Part shown: positions 20,620 to 30,568 of the stretch, in pieces | Numbering within the stretch: the stretch's first letter is position 1 | Layout: the number at the start of each line of letters is the position of its first letter | Assembly: GCA_963837955.1 (NCBI GenBank) | Contig: CAWIPH010000002.1 | Location: forward strand, 4,800,001 to 4,864,000 | Origin: an uncultured Verrucomicrobiae bacterium | GTDB lineage: Bacteria; Verrucomicrobiota; Verrucomicrobiia; Chthoniobacterales; JAFAMB01 | Direction of reading: 5' to 3' | Length of the DNA: 64,000 nt | Program-made: the position numbers and the translations under genes | The notes under the pieces: generated by a model | What the model was told of the DNA's origin: nothing | The model's input: only the letters and a program-made list of their open reading frames with translations | The model's database searches: none

Positions 20620-22119
20620 ATGAACTCGACTTCCCAGTTCAGTCGCGCCAAGCTGCTGCCAGCGCTAATGAAGCGCTTGTTATTCGTCGCCGTTCTCACG
20701 GCCGCCGCGAACCATTTTTTGTGGCTGCATCGGATCGGAATCAATCTGCCCGTGTATGCGGGGATCGTCGCCCTGGGGATGATCGCCAGTGCGCGCGGCG
20801 TGGTGGGTCTGCGTTCGTTCTGGGTGTTAGTAGTATTATTGGCCAGCTCTATTCTGGCCGGTGCGAATGCAGCCTCGTTCTCGAACTTTTTCTGCTTGGC
20901 GACGATCCTCACGTTGTTAGCCGGTATCTGCTTCTATCGGAGAAGAACGCCTTGGCGACGGTTCTTTCGAGCTGTCCTAAGTCTGTGGGGAGCGCCGTTC
21001 CGCTGGGGAACCGCCGCCGTTGTCGCTAATCGGCTCCATCGTCGCGGGAAACAACGAAAGCCGAATTGGTTGTTCGTTCCGCAAATTTTGTTCGTCGGCT
21101 TCGCCACAGCCATACCGGTACTTCTGGTCGGGAATTTCGTGATCTCAGGCAACCTGATCCTCGGCCAATGGTTCAGTTCGATCGTCGACAGGTTGCTTCA
21201 TTTGTTGCCGAAAATCTCGTTCGTACACGTCACATTTCTGATTGTGTTTGCGACGATGGCTTTGGGCTTTGTCTGGCCGGGCCGGCGGCGATGGCGGTTG
21301 CCCTCTTTCCGATGGACGATGCCAAGCTCCCCAGCTGCCGCACCGATTCGAATCTGGGGTGCGCGACTTACGCTGTGGCTGCTAAATTTACTTTTTCTAT
21401 CGGCCAATACGATCGATGCACTGTTTCTCTGGTTGCGCACCCGTCCACCGGTTGGAGTGACCTATAGCGAGTTCGTCCATCATGGGACCAATAGCCTAAT
21501 TTTCGCGACCATCTGTTCGGCCGTCGTTATCATCCTGATTCTCGAGCGTTTTCCGGTGAGCAACGCGCGAGATCTCCGATGGGCAGCTGTGATCTGGATC
21601 GCGCAGAACATCCTCCTGATTTTCGGCGTTTTCCGACGACTGAAGCTTTATGTCGACGTCTATAACCTGACGATCCTGAGGGTGGACGTCGCGCTGTTCC
21701 TGCTCCTGGTTCTGACCGGGTTCCTCCTACTTGGCATTTACGTCGTCCAGCAGCGTCGATTCGGATGGCTCTGCAGTTCGGGCAGCCTAACGGTATGTAC
21801 CCTGTTCTATCTGTTGCAATTCTGTGATCTGGGCGGGTTTGTCGCATCCTACAACGTGGATCGCTGGCTACAACCGACCGCTAAGACGCAGGTCGACCTC
21901 TGCTATCTCAGCAACTTAGGCCCCGGCGCTTGGAGATCACTAGAGCGCTTGGCAGACAGCAACAGTCCGGGATCGGAATCGGCTCGGGTGGCGCTTACCA
22001 GGATTCGGTCCAAGGTTTGGCAAGGATCATTAAAGAAAAAGCCTTGGCAAACATTTCAGTGGCGCCGGTACCTGTGCGAACAGCAACTGATCCATTGGCA
22101 AGCGCGAGCGACAGAATAG
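20620..22119 (+). CDS. DUF4153/DUF4173-like multi-pass membrane protein
   Basis: Many TM segments; TYSEFVHHG, RLKLYVDVYNLTILR, YNV, DLCYLSNLG. Confidence 0.8.
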   Translation: MNSTSQFSRAKLLPALMKRLLFVAVLTAAANHFLWLHRIGINLPVYAGIVALGMIASARGVVGLRSFWVLVVLLASSILAGANAASFSNFFCLATILTLLAGICFYRRRTPWRRFFRAVLSLWGAPFRWGTAAVVANRLHRRGKQRKPNWLFVPQILFVGFATAIPVLLVGNFVISGNLILGQWFSSIVDRLLHLLPKISFVHVTFLIVFATMALGFVWPGRRRWRLPSFRWTMPSSPAAAPIRIWGARLTLWLLNLLFLSANTIDALFLWLRTRPPVGVTYSEFVHHGTNSLIFATICSAVVIILILERFPVSNARDLRWAAVIWIAQNILLIFGVFRRLKLYVDVYNLTILRVDVALFLLLVLTGFLLLGIYVVQQRRFGWLCSSGSLTVCTLFYLLQFCDLGGFVASYNVDRWLQPTAKTQVDLCYLSNLGPGAWRSLERLADSNSPGSESARVALTRIRSKVWQGSLKKKPWQTFQWRRYLCEQQLIHWQARATE

Positions 22120-22186
22120 ATTCCCGACGCTGGACGAACGCCCATGCCTGGAAGATTCATCAACCGCGAGTGGACACATACGAACA

Positions 22187-22816
22187 ATGGCCAAGTTAGT
22201 CTTATTTGACGTAGGGGGTGTGCTGATTGATCTGCAATCGGAACAGGCCCGCCAATCGCTGGAATCTGAATATGGGATGGCGAGCACAACCTATGAAATG
22301 CTCGCTAGATCTACCTACGAAAAGGAGCCCTATTCGATCACGGAAGCTGCGATGATCGGCGCAGCCGGATCGGATGAGTATCTTGCCGCATTTCGAGAGG
22401 CTTGTGGCCGCCTGGTACCGATCTCGGCGATGAAGCAGAATCGCGAAAGCATCATAGGTCGTGAGCGATCACAAATGATGGACCTGATATCTCGCCTGAG
22501 AGGAACGGTGAGAGTAGCGGCGTTTACCAATACAATCGAACTGCACTGGAAAATGCTGCAAAACCCTGATCGTTTTTCTTTTCCGGCTCTCGTCGAACAG
22601 ACGATTGCATCTCACCTATTCGGCTTCGCCAAGCCGATGAAGATTGCGTACCAAGAGGTCGCACGGAGATTGGAAGTGGATCCTTCAGATATGCTATTCA
22701 TCGATGATTCAAAAAAGAATGTTTCAGCGGCCGTTGAATGCGGAATGCGCGGCATAGTTTTTACGACTCACCATGATCTAGCTGAGACGCTCCGAGCCGA
22801 AAAGTTGCTACACTGA
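22187..22816 (+). CDS. HAD family phosphatase
   Basis: LFDVGGVL, FTNT, AKP, FIDDS..NV. Confidence 0.9.
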   Translation: MAKLVLFDVGGVLIDLQSEQARQSLESEYGMASTTYEMLARSTYEKEPYSITEAAMIGAAGSDEYLAAFREACGRLVPISAMKQNRESIIGRERSQMMDLISRLRGTVRVAAFTNTIELHWKMLQNPDRFSFPALVEQTIASHLFGFAKPMKIAYQEVARRLEVDPSDMLFIDDSKKNVSAAVECGMRGIVFTTHHDLAETLRAEKLLH

Positions 22817-22988
22817 GCGATCGAATTTCCCGCCCTCCGGGTGAGGTTTTCGTGCGCCGGCCGCTCCTGTGGCGTCACTATCCCGCTTCGGCAAACCACT
22901 TCGCCACGACGTCAAACATATCTCTCCTTTGCCCGAACCCACAGGGCGAGCCGGCAAAGACATGAATCACAACCTGGTAACCCGCAAC

Positions 22989-23285
22989 TTAACGAAGCAG
23001 GTCACGAACTTGTTGGGCAAAGATCTCGTAAACAATATTGCGAGGTGCTGCGTACACGCAGCGGATGATCCGCTGCTTACCTCGAACGTGATAAAGGAAA
23101 ATAATCCGGTATCTTTGGACCCGCAGCCGGCAAAATCCCTCGAGTTCTCCTTCGAGTTCTCGGATATCTCCTTCCTCTCTTTCTAGATTTCGAACGGCGT
23201 GCCGTAAAGCTTGCCGCGGCTGTGGCGCGAGGGACCGAATAAGATCGACCACCTGCTGTTCCAGCTCAACCTTGATCCGGCTCAT
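22989..23285 (-). CDS. type II toxin, RelE/ParE family
   Basis: LEGELEGFCRLRVQRYRIIF, PRNIVYE; overlaps the antitoxin gene. Confidence 0.85.
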   Translation of the reverse strand: MSRIKVELEQQVVDLIRSLAPQPRQALRHAVRNLEREEGDIRELEGELEGFCRLRVQRYRIIFLYHVRGKQRIIRCVYAAPRNIVYEIFAQQVRDLLR

Positions 23286-23523
23286 CCAAAACTGTCACAG
23301 GATAGTATTTTCCCTTGCCCTCGCGGGCGCGGCGAAGGGCTCTCATGGCCTTCGGATCAGCCATGATTTCGAGTGTTTCCGCGATCGCTTCCATCCGTTC
23401 GGCGGAAATGAGATAAGCAACCGTTTTGTCTCGCCTAGCAATTGCGATCAGATCCTGTTCCGCTCGCTTGAGGAGAGCGGGCAACTGGGCTTGAGCCTCT
23501 GAGACAGAATACGTAGATCGCAC
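23266..23523 (-). CDS. type II antitoxin, Phd/YefM family
   Basis: YSVSEAQAQLPALL, IARRDKTVAYLIS, ETLEIM. Confidence 0.85.
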   Translation of the reverse strand: MRSTYSVSEAQAQLPALLKRAEQDLIAIARRDKTVAYLISAERMEAIAETLEIMADPKAMRALRRAREGKGKYYPVTVLDEPDQG

Positions 23524-23623
23524 AGGAAAACTATATAGAATAAGGGGGTAGCGTCAACGACACGGAGATCCCGGCCCTCATAAAAGCATAAATGCTATAT
23601 CGGGCGAGCCATGACTCTTCCAT

Positions 23624-24313
23624 TTATCGAGAACCAGTTGTGGGAGTGAAAAGTTTGCGATCGCTCGGGTCCGCCCAAAGGCGAAACCCTCCGAGGAATG
23701 CATTAGAGTTGGCACCCGCCCGGCACCCTGGAGGCAGCTCTTTCAGATGTTTGACGTTTCCTCCCCCCAGAACCACGTCATCGGACACGAAAGCTTCGAC
23801 CAGGCGCGCTACAACATCCCTGACGCATTCCCGCCATTTCTCTTTGCCTAACCGCACCAATCCGCGGTTACCCACATAGTCCTCGAACGTACCTTTCTTG
23901 TAAGGAAGGATGCACAGCTCCAAAGGCACGACGACGCCTTCAACAACCAAGGCGGCACCGAGACCGGTTCCCAGGCCTAAGAAAAGCATCTTACCTCCCT
24001 GGTAACTTCCCAGAGCTTGCATGGCCGCATCATTGATGAGCTTGACCGGATGACCGAACGCGGCTTCATAATCGAACCGGACCCAGCCAGGCCCGAGGTT
24101 ATGCGGTTCTGCACCCGGCCGGCCCTGGAGGACGGGCCCGGGATAACCAATCGACACCACCTCATAGACCCACTCCCCGGCCAGCTTCTTGACCCCAGAG
24201 ACCATCATTTCGGCAGTAAACGTAGGCCCAGAGGGAAACTTCCGAGGTTCGTCTTGTCCGGTAGCGAGGATCTTTATGTTATTCCCGCCTACATCAACAA
24301 CCAACACGTTCAT
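23624..24313 (-). CDS. ppgK: ROK family polyphosphate glucokinase-like protein
   Basis: VDVGG, SIGYPG, INDAAMQALG, LGLGTGLG, LGGGN. Confidence 0.8.
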   Translation of the reverse strand: MNVLVVDVGGNNIKILATGQDEPRKFPSGPTFTAEMMVSGVKKLAGEWVYEVVSIGYPGPVLQGRPGAEPHNLGPGWVRFDYEAAFGHPVKLINDAAMQALGSYQGGKMLFLGLGTGLGAALVVEGVVVPLELCILPYKKGTFEDYVGNRGLVRLGKEKWRECVRDVVARLVEAFVSDDVVLGGGNVKHLKELPPGCRAGANSNAFLGGFRLWADPSDRKLFTPTTGSR

Positions 24314-24405
24314 GGCTGAATCTCATAGTGCGAAAACAGCGACGCCGTTACCAGCGCGAACAGCAACTCCTGCATCTCCAACCGCGAACGATAGAAACTG
24401 GGATC

Positions 24406-25065
24406 TTATTTCCCCTGGAGTTGGGCCGAACTTGTCTCTTTGTAATCTGCCGGGACCGCAAATTCGTCGTCCGGAAGATTAGTTTCCTCGGCAGAATCCA
24501 GATTGGTCGTAAGCTTCTGCCCATTGAAATCAATCTCGGTCCGCAGAGGCATACCTGGGTATTTGTCCGGGGGTATAGACAGACTCGATTGCAGAGCAGA
24601 GGCTTTATAAGCAGTGTTGAGAGCTTCTAAGAATTTCTGGTAGTTCGGATAACTCTTGGCGACGAATATGGTCGTCGGCACACCGCCAACGGTAGTCGCG
24701 TACTCCTCAGCCTCATATCCCTGGATCGTCTCTTTCTTACCAGTAGGTTTTAATTCGATATCGCCAGATTTCTCATCATTCAGTTTGAGCGCACGCTTCA
24801 TCGCGTCGGCTCGCGACTTCATCTGTTCTCCACTGATTTTCAGGTAAGCCTTTTGCTGATGAAGCAGGATTGTTTCTTCGCCGGTTTTTGAATCAAAGAG
24901 CGCGCTATTTTGGCTCGACATATCGATACGAGACTTGGTGTCCTTGATCTTTATCTCGATCTCGCGAGTCTTCCCGGCACTCTCAATCGTTTGCTTGATG
25001 ACATAATCGGCCTTCGCGGCGAAAGCGCCGGCCAGGATAGCCATTACCATGATGGTCTTTCTCAT
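24406..25065 (-). CDS. secreted DUF4412-like protein
   Basis: Signal peptide; TGKKETIQGYEAEEY, GMPLRT, FAVPADYKE. Confidence 0.8.
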   Translation of the reverse strand: MRKTIMVMAILAGAFAAKADYVIKQTIESAGKTREIEIKIKDTKSRIDMSSQNSALFDSKTGEETILLHQQKAYLKISGEQMKSRADAMKRALKLNDEKSGDIELKPTGKKETIQGYEAEEYATTVGGVPTTIFVAKSYPNYQKFLEALNTAYKASALQSSLSIPPDKYPGMPLRTEIDFNGQKLTTNLDSAEETNLPDDEFAVPADYKETSSAQLQGK

Positions 25066-25246
25066 CTGGGTTCCTATCTAGTATTTGGCTAAAAAAGCAA
25101 CTGAAGAAGCTCGAATCATCGCGCCTTGAAAACAGACGCTAAGGGGACTCATCAAAGCTTCCTTATGTTAACGCCGATGCGTGCCCGCGGGGCGCGACCG
25201 TATCTGTCTTGCCGTTCGTGAGCACACATGCCAGGGTGGGCCGCGC

Positions 25247-25753
25247 ATGAGAATTCACAAGTTCTGGAGTACTGCGATAGCTCTATTCTGTCTTGCCGTT
25301 GGCCACTCAACTTTCGCGCAAGAGTCTCTGCCTTTGCCGGAGAACAGCGCGATCCTGCTAGCGGTCACCGCAGAGGGGGTTCAAATCTATGAGAGCAAAC
25401 CGAGTCCTTCAGGCGGTTTTCAATGGGCACTGAAAGCTCCGGAAGCGGAGTTAAAAAGTGTGTCCGGAGAAATTCTGGGTAAGCACGGGGCTGGTCCTAG
25501 CTGGACCTTGAATGATGGCAGCAGCATTGTCGGTAATCTGCCTCCACTCAAGAAGGTGGAGGCGCCGGGGAGTATCCCCTGGCTACTCGTTGCAGTGAAA
25601 TCGAAGAGCGGCTCCGGCCTCCTCGACAAGGTCGACTACGTCGTGCGAGTCGCGACTGACGGCGGAGCGGCCCCGGCGGAGCCACCGAAAGCAGAAGGCG
25701 AAACGGTGAAGGTGAAATATCACGCCATTTATCTCTTTCTGCATAAAGCCTAA
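25247..25753 (+). CDS. secreted DUF3455-like protein
   Basis: Signal peptide; AEGVQIY, APEAEL, GPSW, SIPWLL, RVATDGG.AP, Y.A.YLF. Confidence 0.85.
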   Translation: MRIHKFWSTAIALFCLAVGHSTFAQESLPLPENSAILLAVTAEGVQIYESKPSPSGGFQWALKAPEAELKSVSGEILGKHGAGPSWTLNDGSSIVGNLPPLKKVEAPGSIPWLLVAVKSKSGSGLLDKVDYVVRVATDGGAAPAEPPKAEGETVKVKYHAIYLFLHKA

Positions 25754-26162
25754 AAAACGAAGCGGGCGGGGTTTCGCGGTGCCGACTATCAAGAATCTGG
25801 TCCGACGCGAGCCGGGCTCTACGCCGCCCGACCGAGGTCTATTAAAGAGCCAACAACGAACCGCGAATAGGACACGAATTAGAGAGATTCGGTAAAGTGC
25901 CCATCGGAACGCGCTCCTTATCTGGCTCGGAGGCTGCAGCTGGTAGATGAACCAGCTCGGATTTGCTGCCGATCTGATGATCGAGATCGCCTGGATACCA
26001 AAAAAGCTCACGTACGTTGGCTAGTGCGAATCAGGGAATTGTTCGTACGCGTCACGAATGATCTCGCCAGACTCGCATCGCTCATTCGAACGCCTGGTAT
26101 AATGCCTCTGCTCCCAGTTCGTATAACCACCTAGCTCATGTGAGTGACATCACTGACGAGCG

Positions 26163-26577
26163 TCATGGTTGGATCAGTTCGGAGACCGGGATGGCCTTGT
26201 AGTCCTTCACGTTCCTGGTGATCAAACCGCCTCTTAGGCGTATAGCAAACGCTTCGATCAAACAATCAAGGTAACCTTCGGCGGAAATCGGCCCCGGATC
26301 GGGAGCTAGCGTGCTTGGTCGCAACAAATCTATTCCAGATTTCGTGAGCCTTTAAGCAGTCTGCCCAGATTAAATCCTCCTGCCAACCAATCCCTAATTG
26401 CGTTAGGAATTGTTCTTGCAGTTTTGTTTTACCTGAGAACGCGGGAGACAGCTCAATAAAGGTAATTGGGCAAATTACTAATTCTTTAGTCCTCTGTATA
26501 ATCGCCTTCGAGTTTGGACCAAACATTTTGTCCGCAGTAAAAATATCAAGCAATACGTCTGTATCTACGACGGTCAT
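26163..26577 (-). pseudogene. vapC: VapC/PIN toxin, frameshifted
   Basis: MTVVDTDVLLD...RRRLP* then, in the shifted frame, DCLIEAFA...LITRNVKDY...QP*; an apparent extra base near 26268 separates the catalytic C-terminus. Confidence 0.8.
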
Positions 26578-26835
26578 TTAGCCCTCGCCTCGCAGCAGCT
26601 TCATCCACTCGGCGGTAGTGTTTAGACCTTGCTTCTCCAGGCGATGCTTTTTCATAAATCCATAAGCCCGATCAACGTCGCGTTTGGCTGCCTTTTGGAC
26701 GGACATTTGAATGGTCTTAGTCTCTGCGTCCACCTTAAAATGTACGGTCTGGCCAGTCTTCAATCTAAGTTGCCTTCTGATTCTAGCAGGGATCGAAACC
26801 TGGCCACGTTTCGTTATGGTTCCTGTATCGGCCAC
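26578..26835 (-). CDS. AbrB/MazE-type antitoxin
   Basis: TITKRGQVSIPARIRRQLRLKTGQTVHF; abuts vapC. Confidence 0.88.
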   Translation of the reverse strand: MADTGTITKRGQVSIPARIRRQLRLKTGQTVHFKVDAETKTIQMSVQKAAKRDVDRAYGFMKKHRLEKQGLNTTAEWMKLLRGEG

Positions 26836-26865
26836 ATGATGAAAATATCATGCAATATTCTCATG
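26835..26865. promoter_or_regulatory. palindromic autoregulatory site of the TA module
   Basis: CATGAT-GAAAAT-ATCATG followed by CATG...CATG, directly at the antitoxin start. Confidence 0.45.
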
Positions 26866-26977
26866 TAAATAGGCGGTTCGCTAGAGGATCTCTCCGTCAA
26901 CAATGGGAATGCTTTAGACGGCGCTCCTGATGCGCCGGTTGAACGATGTAACATAGCAGTGCTACCGATCGGGACCC

Positions 26978-29113
26978 TTATCCCTTCGGGTGATCGCCTG
27001 CGCCGATCTCCCGGAACTTGCATGCTTCTTCGAGGGAAATCACTCCGGCCGCCGCTTCGCGGACGGCTCTTTCGAACAGGGATGCTTCTCCCTTGGTTTC
27101 CAATATGCGGCGGAGCTGAACGGCCGGTGCTTGTTCCTGGATTGCGACCTTCATTTCGTCATCGACAATGAGCGCTTCGAAGATCGCTTTACGACCGCTA
27201 ACACCGGTCTGCCGGCAAAAATCGCACTTGCGTCCACGGCGTAGCGCGCTCGCTCCGCTCAACCAATTCGGGTGAATTCCTAATCGGATAAGTCGTTCGT
27301 CTGAAGGGATCTGCTCCTCGATGTAGCAGCGAGGGCAAACTTTCTTCACCAGCCGCTGGGAAACCGCCATTTTGAGGCTGTCGGCCACCATGAATGGTTG
27401 GGCGCGAAAAAGGCAGAAACGGTTCGGCACTTCACAGACGGAATTGGTGTGCAAGGTGGAAATGGCCCGATGCCCCGACGAGGAAAGCCGCATGAGTGCA
27501 TCCACGCTTTCTTCGTCGCGGATCTCTCCCATCATGACGATATCGGGCGCTTGACGCAGAATTCCGCGAGCCCATATCGCGTAACTGTAGGGTCCATCGT
27601 CATCGATTTGAGTTTGGCTGATGTTCTCAAGCAGCACCTCAATAGGCGACTCGGCGGTCAGCACATTGTTTTTCAGCGCGTCGATTGATCGGAGAATGCT
27701 ATAAATCGTCGTGGTTTTTCCGGAGCCGGTGGGGCCGCACAAAATAAGCAGCCCGTTGTCGCCATTCATCAAATCGTCGATTGCGTTGACATAGCGATCG
27801 GGCATCCCCAATTCCGGCAAACTCCTTATGTGCCGTTGATCACGCTGCAATCGCAGCACTGCCTGCTCACCCTGCGACTGATAAGAAGTATTTACTCGGA
27901 AATCGTAACGCTGATCGCCAATTTTGATCGGGAAAGTGCCATCTTGCGGCAGCCGCATGTACTGGATCTCAAGCCCAGAGATCACTTTAATTCGAGAGAT
28001 GATTTGTTTCGCAATATGGCCGGGAAACTCGCCGCTCTCATCAAACCAATCACCGTCAACCTTGTACCGCACCCGAAGCCGCCGAGGGAACTCTTGAAAC
28101 ATGATGTCGCTGGCCCGGAGATCTACTCCTTTGTAGAGAATCGAATGGACGAACTTGACGACCGCTTGTTCGTCAATCTCGGATCGGAGTCTGGACTCTT
28201 GAAGCTTGTCCGCTTGGATAATCTCAAGCGGATCAGCGTCACGTACTTGTCGATCAAGGCCGATCATCGCACGCACCATGCTAGCAGTGTCGATCGCCTT
28301 ACTTTCCGAAGCCGTGATGAAACGTTGCAGCGGAACCGGATCAGCAAAAACTTGCTGCACCGAAAAGCGGTGTCGAAGAGCTCCCTCAATTTCCGCTTTG
28401 GTCAGCGGATCGAGTGGCTTTCCGACAGCCAGCGTGAGGAGCTTTTTGCCACAATAGACTGGGCAAGCCTGGTACCTTCTTTGTAAGGCCGGACTAAACC
28501 AGTGATTGATTTTTTCCGCCGGAGTCACTCCATCTAGATCAATCCATGGGGTCCCTCCGTTCTTAACTTCTCCCTCGATCGGCCGGTCAACAGGTCGAAG
28601 ATCGATAGCACTGGCAAACTGCTTGATTGTTTCGCGCAGCGTCCCTGGTTCGGACCAAACAACACTAATGCGCCGAACTCCCCAGAACGCGTTGAGTAAC
28701 TCGAACTCGCGGCGTTCCAGCAGCGTCTCCAGTCCGGGAACCCAAGAAGCGACAGTAACCTCTAGATCTCGTCGAGAGACTGGTATCAGGGAAACAGTCA
28801 ATGGCGGAATCTGAACAGCTTTTGGTGAAACTCCGAGGAGGCTCGGGTCAAAGGGGATCACCGGATTATCACGAACTATTTTACTCAGAAGGACATTCAG
28901 ATCTAAATCGGTCTTATGAGCGTACCATTCTAAGAACGATTCCCGCTGCCATAGCGCCGTTGGTTCGAGGCTGGTCTCTGACGCAAAGGAATCAAACATT
29001 AGCGAGAGATCGTTCTTCGCTTCGCCGAGCCCAAGCAGCTTCCCCAAGTGATAATGGATAACGTTGTTCAGCTCGTTATAACCTTGGGAAGGCACCGTGG
29101 ACCTTACGATCAT
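26978..29113 (-). CDS. pilB: type IV pilus assembly/T2SS ATPase, PilB/GspE family
   Basis: Walker A GPTGSGKTT, PDIVMMGEIRD, His box GH...STLHTN, CPRC/CDFC zinc motif. Confidence 0.93.
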   Translation of the reverse strand: MIVRSTVPSQGYNELNNVIHYHLGKLLGLGEAKNDLSLMFDSFASETSLEPTALWQRESFLEWYAHKTDLDLNVLLSKIVRDNPVIPFDPSLLGVSPKAVQIPPLTVSLIPVSRRDLEVTVASWVPGLETLLERREFELLNAFWGVRRISVVWSEPGTLRETIKQFASAIDLRPVDRPIEGEVKNGGTPWIDLDGVTPAEKINHWFSPALQRRYQACPVYCGKKLLTLAVGKPLDPLTKAEIEGALRHRFSVQQVFADPVPLQRFITASESKAIDTASMVRAMIGLDRQVRDADPLEIIQADKLQESRLRSEIDEQAVVKFVHSILYKGVDLRASDIMFQEFPRRLRVRYKVDGDWFDESGEFPGHIAKQIISRIKVISGLEIQYMRLPQDGTFPIKIGDQRYDFRVNTSYQSQGEQAVLRLQRDQRHIRSLPELGMPDRYVNAIDDLMNGDNGLLILCGPTGSGKTTTIYSILRSIDALKNNVLTAESPIEVLLENISQTQIDDDGPYSYAIWARGILRQAPDIVMMGEIRDEESVDALMRLSSSGHRAISTLHTNSVCEVPNRFCLFRAQPFMVADSLKMAVSQRLVKKVCPRCYIEEQIPSDERLIRLGIHPNWLSGASALRRGRKCDFCRQTGVSGRKAIFEALIVDDEMKVAIQEQAPAVQLRRILETKGEASLFERAVREAAAGVISLEEACKFREIGAGDHPKG

Positions 29114-29132
29114 GCAAGCAGAAGAATTGAAA

Positions 29133-30545
29133 TCAGAACGTGCCTAAAGAATTACTTCCCCAATCCGGCGGCTGGGTCTGGACGTCTTGAGCAGTAATGA
29201 TGGAGCAAGCAGGAGCATCACCGCTCGCGGGGTCATTGAAATCTCCGGCGATGACAATGGGATGCGGACTGACAATTGACAATGGACCGCTCAACGTCTG
29301 CGCTCCTCGAACCAAAACAATCGCATTTGAAGCGGGCTTTCCGGTCGAATCTTGGGCAACCAAGTATACTGATCCGGAATAGCCCTTCGGAAGCTTGCTG
29401 TAGTCAAACGCCAACAAAGTTTGGCTTGGATTATCTTTGTTGGGGTAGGCAACGAAGGGCACCGATTGCTTATCAGGCGTGTTCTGCTTCGCCCCGTTGG
29501 TGCCGGATCGTGTCGGCGGAGGGTAAGCCAAGGCGGAACTCGGTATGCCGCTTTTCGCGATCACAATCACCGGATATCCTTTGTTCGGGTCCGATGCACC
29601 CCACACTTGAGCGACGACAATGAGATCGCATTGCGACTTGAGAAGAGCGAAGTTCAGCCCTCCACTCGAGTTCGCGTCATAGATTTGATCTAAAGGAGCG
29701 CAGGCGACCGGTAGTACGTCAGAAGTAATGAGCCTCGAATCAAGCCGAGTTCGGGCGGCGGCTAAGAAGTCGTAAAGAACGTTGTCCGTGGTTGCGGATC
29801 TAGTGTCCATGGATACCACGATCGGACCTTTAGAACTGGCGGTATCAGCAACTTTAAGAGAGGCCCCTACTTCGGTAAATGTCACTTGACCTGCTGAAAC
29901 CACGGGAAAAGCAGAAGTGAAAGCACCGGAAACGGTAATGTTCGACTCGGAAAATATTCTTCCCACATCGCTGCTAAACGGATTTGGTGCGATAACGAAC
30001 GGATCACCAGCGGAATAGACAGTGAACTGGGAGACGGGTATTTCTCGAATCGCAATTTGCGGTGTTGCCGTCAACTGCACGTCGGGCAGCCGCTGTTGTC
30101 CTGCTGTTCCTTTAGAGATCGTCGTCAAATCGATCAATCGCACTCGTGCCTTGGCCTCTCCAAAGGGATCTCCGTTTCCGAGTACCGCTAAGCTCGCAGC
30201 ATCTCCCGCTCCGATCATCGGCGCTACTACATCGGGAATAGTAGTATCGGTGTGACCATCCAGGCTCGTATTGAAAGATAGCGACAGACCGAACACAGGC
30301 GAGTCCTCAGTTCTGAGATCAACTGATGCTGAACTCAGGAGCTGCTTACGGATTCGGTTTTCTATTTCGAGGATACCTTGTTCAGTCGCGATTTCGCGCT
30401 GGTCCTGGTCAAGCGTCCTGCCAGCACGTTCGCGGAGGTTATCCGTAAAGATCAGATATGAAACGGCAATCATCGCCGCAATGACCACGGCCCCGAGTAC
30501 CAAAACCAGCGTCGAACCCGACTTCGAACATTTTCTCCGTTGCAT
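29133..30545 (-). CDS. large PilX/GspK-like minor pilin
   Basis: Basic leader + GSTLVLVLG hydrophobic helix lacking Glu5; large beta-rich C-terminal domain. Confidence 0.75.
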   Translation of the reverse strand: MQRRKCSKSGSTLVLVLGAVVIAAMIAVSYLIFTDNLRERAGRTLDQDQREIATEQGILEIENRIRKQLLSSASVDLRTEDSPVFGLSLSFNTSLDGHTDTTIPDVVAPMIGAGDAASLAVLGNGDPFGEAKARVRLIDLTTISKGTAGQQRLPDVQLTATPQIAIREIPVSQFTVYSAGDPFVIAPNPFSSDVGRIFSESNITVSGAFTSAFPVVSAGQVTFTEVGASLKVADTASSKGPIVVSMDTRSATTDNVLYDFLAAARTRLDSRLITSDVLPVACAPLDQIYDANSSGGLNFALLKSQCDLIVVAQVWGASDPNKGYPVIVIAKSGIPSSALAYPPPTRSGTNGAKQNTPDKQSVPFVAYPNKDNPSQTLLAFDYSKLPKGYSGSVYLVAQDSTGKPASNAIVLVRGAQTLSGPLSIVSPHPIVIAGDFNDPASGDAPACSIITAQDVQTQPPDWGSNSLGTF

Positions 30546-30568
30546 CGAAAGGCCTCCCCAGCGGGCAG

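Noticed and set aside
25203..25300. 14-bp direct repeat TCTGTCTTGCCGTT around the DUF3455 start
   Set aside because: Single short pair with no element between them; could be chance or a small local duplication.
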